From IMG/VR virus record IMGVR_UViG_3300042335_000796, positions 1-64,000 of that record: a DNA stretch of 64,000 bases; one strand, given 5' to 3'. Under the pieces are notes generated by a model that saw nothing but the letters and a program-made list of their open reading frames with translations, was not told where the DNA came from and did not search any database. Origin of the DNA: a virus. The position numbers and the translations under genes were made by a program. The stretch's first letter is position 1; each line of letters begins with the position of its first letter. Of this stretch, positions 30,835 to 40,366 are shown in pieces.

Positions 30835-33800
30835 ATGGGTAAATCGTATAGAATTAGAACCAAAGTTGGTTCAAATGAAAATATTAATATATTATTAGAA
30901 CAAGATTTTGAACAACTTGAAATTTTATCACTTAAAATACGACAAGATGATGTATATATACGTTCTTGCGCTGATTATGGAGTAATTACTGGTAGAGTAT
31001 TTTGTAATGGCGGATTTGGGGTTCCAAACGCTAAAGTTTCAATATTTATACCAATAAGTAATGAAGATGAGAATAACCCATTAATATCAACAATTTACCC
31101 ATACAAAACAGTTTCAGATGTTAATGAAGATGGTTTTAAATTTAATTTACTACCTTATGTTCCATCATATCCTGGACATGTACCAACGGGGACTTTTCCA
31201 TCAAGATTAGATGCAATTAATGACCAGAATGTTATAGAATTATATGATAAATATTATAAATATACTGTAACAACTAATGATAGTGGAGATTATATGATTT
31301 TTGGAGTACCTGTTGGTACTCAAACAATTGTAATGAATGTTGATTTATCTGATATTGGTCAATTTTCATTATCACCTCAAGATATTATTAGATTAGGTAT
31401 TGGTAATGAGTCACAAATTGATGGTTTAAATTTTAAATCGTCACCAAACTTTAATGAGTTACCACAAATTGTTGTAATAAATAAAGTTATTGAAGTTTCA
31501 CCATTTTGGGGTCAAGATGATGTATGTCAAATTGGTATTACAAGGTCAGATTTTGATTTGACAAATGAAGCTAATATTGAAATTCAACCAACAGCTGTTT
31601 TTATGGGCTCAATTTTTTCATCATCCGATACAAAATATTTGGGTAAAAATTGTAATATTAAAAATAGACAAGGTAATTTATGTGATTTGGTAACAGGCCC
31701 TGGAGAAATTGTAGCAATTAGGCAAACGGTTTTTAAAGATTCAAATGGTGACCCAATACTTGAACAACATTTATTAGATAACGATGGTAAAGTTATCGAT
31801 GAAAATGGCTCATTTTTAGTTGAGTTACCAATGAATTTAGAATATGTAACAACTAATGAATTTGGCCAGCAAATAATATCTTCAGACCCAAAAATTGGAA
31901 TACCAACAAAAGGTAAATATAGATTTAAGATTAAATATCAAACTGATAAAAATGGTACACCAATATTAAATGGTACAAGTACAGCAATTAAAGGTACAGT
32001 AAATCGTGCAAATTTTATCGTTCCACAAATTAGAGAATATGGCTGGATTGATTCAATAACTGACCCAGCAACAAAATTAATCGGCATTACTAATTATGAT
32101 TTATTTCAAAAATCATATGCTTTTAGTTTAGATTGGAATGACTATCCTGATAAAAATGCCGCAATTAATTGTGAAGATTTTTTTTATGAAATGGCGTATA
32201 ATAAAGTTTATACAACTGCACAATTAATTGATGAGTATAGGCAAGGCGGTGGTAGAGCTAAATTTTTAGGTATTAAAGAAATTTTAGATGATACTTGTGA
32301 AACAGAAAACAATAAGTTTCCAGTAAATGATGGGGTTAGAAATTTTGACTTTTTATTTTTCATTTTAAATATTTTTAATACGTTATTTACCAGAACAATT
32401 ATTACATTAATTCCAATATTACATTTAATAGCTATATTATGGCCAATTTTAAAGTGGGTATTATTTACTGTTATTGGTTCATTGTTTGGTTATTTGACTT
32501 ATTATTTTACTGCTGCAGTAATAACTTCTTTAGCTACGGTTCCCCCAGATGTTGCAGATTCAATACTTAATGGAGTTTTGGCAGCAATATTTGCAGGAAT
32601 TACTGTTGCATATTTTGTTAAAATTACGCCATTAGTTCCTAAATTCAAATTTAAAGGCTTATCATTACCAATGTTAAGTTATCCTGAATGTCAAACATGT
32701 TCATGTGATATAGATGATTTAGATGATGATGAAATTACCGACCAGTTAGCTGTTGTTGGTAATGAGTCAGAATTTAAAATTGGAAATTATACAATTTATA
32801 ATCGTTCAAATGGTTCAACAATAGCTGATTTAAATTCTAATACTACCTGGGCAGGATTAGTTGGGGATTTAGGTTCAACACAACCAGTTGGATTGGACCC
32901 TGATAATTATTCTGGAAGTCAAAGTAAAAAACAAGAAAAGTATAATGCTGATTTATTTGGTTTTAGATATGCTTTAGCGGGGTATCCGATTGGTGAAGAA
33001 ATGGGTACGCCAATTGTTAGAAACTATTCAGTGAGTAATAATGATAATAATAATTCATATTATTTAAGTAAAGATGTTACTTTATCACAATCGTTAAATT
33101 TAGCAAATTTAAGAAGTAGATATTTCACGCAAGAAAACATTATACAAACAACAGTAAATAATTCAACATTACCATTTACTGATAGTATAATGATTTTACT
33201 ATTAGACCAAAATAGTACATATCAATTTTCCCCAGGTACACTATTATCATTTGTTAATCCAAACGATAGTACAATTCTTAATGACCCAAATATTACTGGT
33301 GGTACATTAAATCAATTTGGTACAAATTCTATCACAGGTACCTCTGTTAGCACTAAATTAATTAATCAACAATATATTAAACCTGATGGAACAATTGGAA
33401 CATCAGTATTTAGTGTTAATAGCTCAATTACTGAGCAAGAATATTTATATAAAACTGGTATTGAATATTTCCAAGTTATAACTGGATTAACAACTGATTC
33501 AATAAATAATTTAATTACTGCTGGTAATTCATTATTAAAAAATTATTTATTAGATAAGAATCAAAGTATAACATATTTTAATCCTGATACAAATTCATTA
33601 AATACTGTAAATATTAACCCTTTAAAGTCTATTGGGGCTGACTCTTGGAAAAATTATGATGTTCTTATTTTAACTCGTGGTGTTGACCCATATACTGAGA
33701 AACAAAACATTAAATACGATTTATCTAAATTATTTGGATATTCTTTAGGTAGTGATACAATTACTGTTGAAGGTGAATATTTCTTAAATATTCCAATACA

Positions 33801-35796
33801 AGCAAATTCTGGTTCAGGTTCTTGGTTTAATGACTATAAAACTCCAGAATCACATATTGTATCATATACAACATCAAAAATATTTTATACACCATATAAT
33901 TTTAATGTAAGTGGTTCATATACTTCAGTTACGACAAATTCGTTAAGTTATTATTCATCATTAGATAAGAGCCAAGCATTATTCAAACCTGATGCTACAG
34001 CTTTAAGAGTTGAATATTTTACAAATCCTGATGGTGTTCAAGATGGTGTTAATAATCAAATATTTTTTGATTCTTTAAACAATATAAGACAAGGGATTAT
34101 TGAAGGTGGAACTTACATGGCAGCAAGTAATTTAAGTAGCATTGGTAATATTAGTGGATTATCTGCAAGAGTGTATTCACCAAAATATTCAACAATTTCT
34201 ACAAGCATTGGTGGACCAGCTCCAAAATTAGTTATGAGGTCTGATAGATTACCTACATCAGATATTGTTCAAGATAATAATAGTAATTCATTTGCCTTTA
34301 ATTTAAATGATAATTTTGCAATATACGTTATTAGTCAAAATGGTAATTCTGAAGTTATATCATTAGGTAATGACGATTCTAATGACAATTTAGAAGATTT
34401 TATTCAAAGAATGCCACAATTGGCTAATAGTGTTGGTTCAACCTTTAATTGTAAAGGTATGGTACCATTAAAATGTTATAAATCAACATCTACAGGTATT
34501 GTTGTAAAAACACCTTGTAAAGATAATGAAAACCCTGTAAGAGTAAAAGAAGGTTGTTATAAAATAATTCAAAAACCTTATATTTTAAATATAACGAAAG
34601 ACATTCAAAATATTATTGAATGGAATTCCAGATTTAGATTTACATTTGCTTTATGTAGAGATGTTGTATCGTTTACATTTGTTAATAATTGGATAAATGG
34701 TGGTTTATATATGTATTCATTCCAAAAAGATGATGTATATCCAAGCAATCCTAATAACACAAAATATAATAGTTTACCTGATTATAGATATTGTAAAAAC
34801 AATTTAGTCTTTCATGAACAAAGTAATTCTTTCTTTTATCGTGCAACACCATATATTAGTGGAAATACTACTTTTTATGGTAAGGAAGCCCCAAAAAATA
34901 TTTTTGGAGATTATTTTTCAGCATCTAACACAAAATTACTTGGTAACCCAACAACAATCACAGATTTGGGACCAAAATCAGATGTAATTAAACAATTGAA
35001 TTTTGCTAAAGAATATTTAGGGTATGTTGTTGATGCAATACCATCAACAACATATAATGACATTTCAGATGTTGTACAATTGTATGTGGTTTCAAGATTG
35101 ATTAATACTAATTTCTTAGAGCAACTTTTAAAGTTTAATGATGGCTCAATTAATAGTTTATTTAGTCGTCAAAATTATAGAATTGATGGTGATTTAGCAC
35201 AATTAATTAGTATAAATTCAGAATTTGGTGTTATACCATATTTTGGAGCAAACTATGCGGATTCAAATATATCATATAGTGAATTTAATAATAAACCAAC
35301 CATAGGAATATTTTATTCCGCAAATACTTTAGATAGGGATTATTTATCTCCAGGTAGAGAAACTTTTTATGATGATAGAACAAATTTTATATCTCAAAAA
35401 TATGGATTTAGAGACCAAAAAGTGCCATATTATTATTGGAATATTGAAAATACTGCAAAAATATTTGGAAATGAAAAAAATGATTGGTTAATAAAAAATA
35501 CTCAAAATGGAATAAGTTCAGTAAAATATCAATCTGTTGATAGATTATTTGCCAATAGTTTATCTAATCCGACATTCCCATCTGATATCCGTAAACCTTC
35601 TACAGAAATTCCTGGATATATTTATAACTCTAAGTTTTTAGGTACTGAAATAGTTTCTAATGCAGATTTGCCAAATAATTTTAAACAAAATATTCTTGTG
35701 GGTGCACCTTATCATTTTTATTTTGGATTAAAAATTGGTAAAACTTCAATGAATAAATTTATTACAAAATATATAAACAATATTGAACAATTATGA
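30835..35796 (+). CDS. Large virion structural protein with an internal multi-TM hydrophobic segment
   Basis: 1653 aa in the baseplate cluster; N-terminal GVPNAKVSIF/TTNDSGDY beta-sandwich; hydrophobic block at about 32340-32640. Confidence 0.55.
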   Translation: MGKSYRIRTKVGSNENINILLEQDFEQLEILSLKIRQDDVYIRSCADYGVITGRVFCNGGFGVPNAKVSIFIPISNEDENNPLISTIYPYKTVSDVNEDGFKFNLLPYVPSYPGHVPTGTFPSRLDAINDQNVIELYDKYYKYTVTTNDSGDYMIFGVPVGTQTIVMNVDLSDIGQFSLSPQDIIRLGIGNESQIDGLNFKSSPNFNELPQIVVINKVIEVSPFWGQDDVCQIGITRSDFDLTNEANIEIQPTAVFMGSIFSSSDTKYLGKNCNIKNRQGNLCDLVTGPGEIVAIRQTVFKDSNGDPILEQHLLDNDGKVIDENGSFLVELPMNLEYVTTNEFGQQIISSDPKIGIPTKGKYRFKIKYQTDKNGTPILNGTSTAIKGTVNRANFIVPQIREYGWIDSITDPATKLIGITNYDLFQKSYAFSLDWNDYPDKNAAINCEDFFYEMAYNKVYTTAQLIDEYRQGGGRAKFLGIKEILDDTCETENNKFPVNDGVRNFDFLFFILNIFNTLFTRTIITLIPILHLIAILWPILKWVLFTVIGSLFGYLTYYFTAAVITSLATVPPDVADSILNGVLAAIFAGITVAYFVKITPLVPKFKFKGLSLPMLSYPECQTCSCDIDDLDDDEITDQLAVVGNESEFKIGNYTIYNRSNGSTIADLNSNTTWAGLVGDLGSTQPVGLDPDNYSGSQSKKQEKYNADLFGFRYALAGYPIGEEMGTPIVRNYSVSNNDNNNSYYLSKDVTLSQSLNLANLRSRYFTQENIIQTTVNNSTLPFTDSIMILLLDQNSTYQFSPGTLLSFVNPNDSTILNDPNITGGTLNQFGTNSITGTSVSTKLINQQYIKPDGTIGTSVFSVNSSITEQEYLYKTGIEYFQVITGLTTDSINNLITAGNSLLKNYLLDKNQSITYFNPDTNSLNTVNINPLKSIGADSWKNYDVLILTRGVDPYTEKQNIKYDLSKLFGYSLGSDTITVEGEYFLNIPIQANSGSGSWFNDYKTPESHIVSYTTSKIFYTPYNFNVSGSYTSVTTNSLSYYSSLDKSQALFKPDATALRVEYFTNPDGVQDGVNNQIFFDSLNNIRQGIIEGGTYMAASNLSSIGNISGLSARVYSPKYSTISTSIGGPAPKLVMRSDRLPTSDIVQDNNSNSFAFNLNDNFAIYVISQNGNSEVISLGNDDSNDNLEDFIQRMPQLANSVGSTFNCKGMVPLKCYKSTSTGIVVKTPCKDNENPVRVKEGCYKIIQKPYILNITKDIQNIIEWNSRFRFTFALCRDVVSFTFVNNWINGGLYMYSFQKDDVYPSNPNNTKYNSLPDYRYCKNNLVFHEQSNSFFYRATPYISGNTTFYGKEAPKNIFGDYFSASNTKLLGNPTTITDLGPKSDVIKQLNFAKEYLGYVVDAIPSTTYNDISDVVQLYVVSRLINTNFLEQLLKFNDGSINSLFSRQNYRIDGDLAQLISINSEFGVIPYFGANYADSNISYSEFNNKPTIGIFYSANTLDRDYLSPGRETFYDDRTNFISQKYGFRDQKVPYYYWNIENTAKIFGNEKNDWLIKNTQNGISSVKYQSVDRLFANSLSNPTFPSDIRKPSTEIPGYIYNSKFLGTEIVSNADLPNNFKQNILVGAPYHFYFGLKIGKTSMNKFITKYINNIEQL

Positions 35797-37550
35797 TGGA
35801 TATTAAAATTATATTAGGTTCATTAAAGTATAAAAGTTCAGTAGACACTGATAATTTTATATCCGTACCATTTTTAAATAAAATTAAAGAGCTTGATGAA
35901 TTTGATAGAAATATTAATTATAATCTTGCGCAATTATTTGATGATGAAAGACAAGCATCATCAATATTTAGGATATCGGCAAAAATTGATTTTCTTTTTA
36001 AGAATGTATATTCAGGATTTACAAATTCATCAATTTTAAATTATAAACCATTTACTAATAATTTAGCATATGTTGATGCTGTAACTTCATTATTAACTAA
36101 TAATTGGGGTGGATATCCACAATATAGCGAATTTGATTTAATTAGGACTGATAATAAAGTATCAGGTTATACTACAAATTCTGGAACAACTCAACCACAT
36201 ATTAAATTTATTAATAAAAGTGCATCAACATATAATTGGACACAGTATATAACATATCCTTATGAAAACGATAATAATAAAAAGTTACAATACCATATTA
36301 CACAATCAAACAATCATATTTGGACATGTTCAGATGGAATACCTTTTTATATAAAAAGACCTTATACAATAAATGGACAACCTTGCATATCTTTTATTTG
36401 TCCAGTTAAACATAATTTAAAAATTGGCGATTGGGTTGAAATTGAATTTGTAAATCCTTGGAGCGGTTATAATGGGGTTAAAACTTTTCAAGTGTATTCG
36501 TTAGGTAATAATTCATACCAATCTGATGAATATATATTTAATATTTATGATATCGGGTTTACAGGGTTTACATTTTTAAATTTATCTAAAGGTACTTTTA
36601 AAAGAATTTTAGATATTGCTAATTCTGCAGAAACCAAATCAATATATTATGTTAGAAAGCATAAAGTATTAACTACCGTAAAAGATTCAGTATTAAATAA
36701 TGCTGGATATAATCTAAACCCTTTTAATGTTAAAAAACAATTTGAATATATTACTCCAGATAATCAAACACGGACATCAATCATTGAAAATAATCAATCA
36801 TATTTATTAAATTTTACAAAAGATATTGATATATCAAAGTACAAAGATAATCTAAATAGACCTTTAACACAATTATTTGTAACAATAATAAATAAAGGGT
36901 ATTTTGGGTGGTTTAATAGACCAATATCATCATCTAATTCAGGAATTAGACAAGGGTATTCATTTAATTTAACAAATTATATTTCACCATATTGGAGTTT
37001 AACAAATAATGCAATAAATAAAACAAATTTAATTGTTGATTCTTATATTAGAACAGAAGGTTCAACTAATTTTCAATTTTATTACACAAAAGATTTAAAT
37101 GCTGGGGATACTCTTGATGGTGATTATTGTGAATTTAATAAATTTGAACAAGAAGAAAAAGTTTTATCAAATTTGTATCATAAATTATATTTTAATCCTA
37201 ATCTTTTTAAAATTCAAAAAATCAGCACATCAAATCCTGAAGGTTATTATTATCAACCACACTATCCAATTACTTTAAGGGCCTATTCATCATATATTGA
37301 ACAAGACAGTATTAATAATTCAGCATCAGCACCAAATTATTCATATTTTTCAGAATATTCTCAAAATTTAATTTGGAGAGATATATACAATTATGGATTT
37401 ATAGATGATTCTGGAGTTGGTGTTGATTATCCATTTTTAAATGGTGCTCATTACCCAACAATAAACATAATATTTAGATTATTCCCTGAAGGAAATGTAA
37501 CTCAAAATATTACAACAATACAAAATCCAACAATAGATAATTGTGAATAA
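35793..37550 (+). CDS. Putative virion structural protein
   Basis: 585 aa, beta-rich; C-terminal WRDIYNYGF..GVDYPFLNGAHY; coupled to neighbouring genes. Confidence 0.55.
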   Translation: MMDIKIILGSLKYKSSVDTDNFISVPFLNKIKELDEFDRNINYNLAQLFDDERQASSIFRISAKIDFLFKNVYSGFTNSSILNYKPFTNNLAYVDAVTSLLTNNWGGYPQYSEFDLIRTDNKVSGYTTNSGTTQPHIKFINKSASTYNWTQYITYPYENDNNKKLQYHITQSNNHIWTCSDGIPFYIKRPYTINGQPCISFICPVKHNLKIGDWVEIEFVNPWSGYNGVKTFQVYSLGNNSYQSDEYIFNIYDIGFTGFTFLNLSKGTFKRILDIANSAETKSIYYVRKHKVLTTVKDSVLNNAGYNLNPFNVKKQFEYITPDNQTRTSIIENNQSYLLNFTKDIDISKYKDNLNRPLTQLFVTIINKGYFGWFNRPISSSNSGIRQGYSFNLTNYISPYWSLTNNAINKTNLIVDSYIRTEGSTNFQFYYTKDLNAGDTLDGDYCEFNKFEQEEKVLSNLYHKLYFNPNLFKIQKISTSNPEGYYYQPHYPITLRAYSSYIEQDSINNSASAPNYSYFSEYSQNLIWRDIYNYGFIDDSGVGVDYPFLNGAHYPTINIIFRLFPEGNVTQNITTIQNPTIDNCE

Positions 37551-38337
37551 TTATAAATTAATTTTAAATGTAAATTCAACCAAAGAATTAAATATACCAA
37601 TTCAAATGGATTGGGATTATTTGGATAGAAGTGATAGTTTAATCGATTTTGAACAAAAAACAATCAATGAAATAATAAATAATGATAAAGATTTTGAAGT
37701 TGAAAGGTTTTCACATGCTGGAAATTTAAATGATACTGAAATAAATTATAATTTTTATTTTGCACCATCTGGGGCAACTTCGGCAAATACAATATGGGAT
37801 AAATCATATATTACGCAAGGGTTTACACCAAATCAGATTTATTATTCGAGTAATAGTTTTGTTCGTTCATTTTTTAAATTAGATTTTTATGATACGACAA
37901 ATCAAAAAGACCAAAAAAACTATTTTACAATAATTTTAACGCCACCAAATAGTATTACGCCTGAAATTGCCGTAGCTACAAATTTTTTAAATGTTAAAAT
38001 TCCAACATTTAAAATGGATTACATCGGAAATAAAGAAGGATTTTTTATTTATTGGCTAAAGAATAGAGATTTCATCAATATTGATACTTTTTACATGACG
38101 GCTAAATTTTTTGATGCTAAAAATGGAATCTTTTATAAGATGATGAATAGACCACAATCAACATTAAGTGGTATAAATAAATTTAATTTTTCACAAGAAA
38201 ATTATTTTTATTATAAAGTCAAGTTAGATTATAGCACTTATCAATATAGTGTTTATGATATAAATAATCCATTAACTGAAGTTTTAGTTGGGGATTCATT
38301 AAATCCAATAAAATGGTACGAATATATTAACCCATGA
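37543..38337 (+). CDS. Putative virion structural protein
   Basis: 264 aa, GTG start, aromatic and beta-rich; cluster context. Confidence 0.55.
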   Translation: MNNYKLILNVNSTKELNIPIQMDWDYLDRSDSLIDFEQKTINEIINNDKDFEVERFSHAGNLNDTEINYNFYFAPSGATSANTIWDKSYITQGFTPNQIYYSSNSFVRSFFKLDFYDTTNQKDQKNYFTIILTPPNSITPEIAVATNFLNVKIPTFKMDYIGNKEGFFIYWLKNRDFINIDTFYMTAKFFDAKNGIFYKMMNRPQSTLSGINKFNFSQENYFYYKVKLDYSTYQYSVYDINNPLTEVLVGDSLNPIKWYEYINP

Positions 38338-39434
38338 TTGACGAAGATAAATATAGTATCAAGATATCCCCAGAAGTTTTAAGTGGTGATATTTTCAAAG
38401 TCTGTTATCCAAGTGGATTAACATATAATAGCGGATGTACATTTGTATATTCATCAATGACAAATGTTTTATCAGGTGGAACAAATGGGTCATCATTATT
38501 AACTGGATTAACAATACCAATTTTATTTAGACAAGTAGCTATAGATTTAGGATATTATTCAGTTTTTGATGGTGCAATAATTCAAAAAGATGTTGTAACA
38601 AATTTTGTATTTTCTGCAGTAACGGGATTTCCAAATACTTATTATGTTTATAATACCTCAGATGAATTAATTAATTTTTTAGAATTATCATCATATACTA
38701 TTGATTGGGGTGATGCTACAGTACCAACAGTTTTAACAACTACTTCACCAGATTTCATTTCGCATAATTATTTAAATAGTGGCGACTATACTATAAAATT
38801 AATACAAAACACTCCATGGGGTTTAAATATTGTTGAAAAAAATATAACAGTACCATATACTGGAAATACTATTCAAAACCCAAAAGGCACGGCATATTTT
38901 ATATCAAATGTTGGTTCCTGGTCAGCAACACCGATTTCATATGATTTTATTTTTAGTGGGGATTCTGAAAATTTTGTTGATAAACAAACAAGTAATAATT
39001 ATACAACAACACCATTTATTATAAGTGGGTTAACAAATTCGAGAATTCAAGAATTGTCACAATATGGTGTTAATAAATTTGTTTTACATAAGCCAATAAT
39101 TAAGCAGAATAAAGTTTTTGGCGTTATTAATTCTATAACAACAGAATTTACAGGTTATACGATAGATGGTGTAAACTATTTAGATTTTTCAAATGGTACA
39201 TCAATATTTATAGCTAATTCATCTGGTCTTACATCAAATTGGTTAGTTCAAGAACCAATAGTAAAAGATGAAAGTTTGTTAAATATTGTTTCAAATCCTG
39301 AAGTTCAATCAGATATTTATGTTGAACGTGGTAAAAGTAGTGTATTTGAAAATCTGGAAAGATTAGGTGAGATAAATAATTTAGGAAATTTAATTAATTA
39401 TGGTTATGGTTTTTATAAAATAAAACCGCAATAA
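38334..39434 (+). CDS. Putative structural protein with a PKD-like domain
   Basis: YTIDWGD...ISHNY..SGDYTIKL. Confidence 0.6.
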   Translation: MIDEDKYSIKISPEVLSGDIFKVCYPSGLTYNSGCTFVYSSMTNVLSGGTNGSSLLTGLTIPILFRQVAIDLGYYSVFDGAIIQKDVVTNFVFSAVTGFPNTYYVYNTSDELINFLELSSYTIDWGDATVPTVLTTTSPDFISHNYLNSGDYTIKLIQNTPWGLNIVEKNITVPYTGNTIQNPKGTAYFISNVGSWSATPISYDFIFSGDSENFVDKQTSNNYTTTPFIISGLTNSRIQELSQYGVNKFVLHKPIIKQNKVFGVINSITTEFTGYTIDGVNYLDFSNGTSIFIANSSGLTSNWLVQEPIVKDESLLNIVSNPEVQSDIYVERGKSSVFENLERLGEINNLGNLINYGYGFYKIKPQ

Positions 39435-39457
39435 AACTATTTATAAAAAAATAAGAA

Positions 39458-40366
39458 ATGGCAATAGGAAATTATGGCACAGTACGAAGTGCGGACATGA
39501 GTCCAGAAGATGTTGAAATAATATTACATTATACACCAAGCAGAGATGCTACAAGCAATTTTGTGCTTAAAACATTAAATGCTGCAAACATATTAAGACC
39601 CTATTTTAATAATACAGAAACAGGTGGTAATCCTGATATTGAAATTTTGGGTGGATTATATAATTTAAGATTACCTGCTGAAGAATTTAATCAGCTTGGA
39701 ATTTATACATTATATCTTCGTCCAGCGCAAATACGAACAACAATAACAGATTGTGGTGTATTATCTTCATTACCAAATGTTAAAGGCTTGATTATTGATT
39801 TAAATAATATCCCTACACAATTTAGAAATAAATTTGTGGCACAAGGGCTTGTGGGGTTTAGAGTTGAATACTTAAATAGTGATGGTACAAAAATACCAAA
39901 TTTTTTCAGAATAATAACTTCAAATTTTTTCTGTGAGCCTGTAACACAAAATTTAACAAATACTTCACAAAAAGCTATAAGATACAGATATGTTGATGGT
40001 GCAACAAATTTAATTTTTTGTACATTATCACCATCATCATCACCAACTAATAAACCTAATGCGACACCTTTTATTGGTCAACCTGCGCAAAGTATTATTA
40101 TTACAAATACATTTTTCAATCCTATTACTTTAGATATTGAAATGGTTGAATATGATACATCATCACTTGCAATTGCATTGTATGGTAATCAAACTAAATC
40201 AATTGATGATGGAATTTACACCATTTATGATTCAAATAATAATATTTATAAACAATATAATCTTTATGAAATTAGAGATGAGTTTAATAAATTATTGTTT
40301 GAAGTTAAGGAAGACCGTGGTAATAATATTGATTTCAGTAAAAACTTTATAAATATTACACAATAA
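39458..40366 (+). CDS. Putative virion structural protein
   Basis: 302 aa; upstream TATTTATA motif. Confidence 0.55.
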   Translation: MAIGNYGTVRSADMSPEDVEIILHYTPSRDATSNFVLKTLNAANILRPYFNNTETGGNPDIEILGGLYNLRLPAEEFNQLGIYTLYLRPAQIRTTITDCGVLSSLPNVKGLIIDLNNIPTQFRNKFVAQGLVGFRVEYLNSDGTKIPNFFRIITSNFFCEPVTQNLTNTSQKAIRYRYVDGATNLIFCTLSPSSSPTNKPNATPFIGQPAQSIIITNTFFNPITLDIEMVEYDTSSLAIALYGNQTKSIDDGIYTIYDSNNNIYKQYNLYEIRDEFNKLLFEVKEDRGNNIDFSKNFINITQ

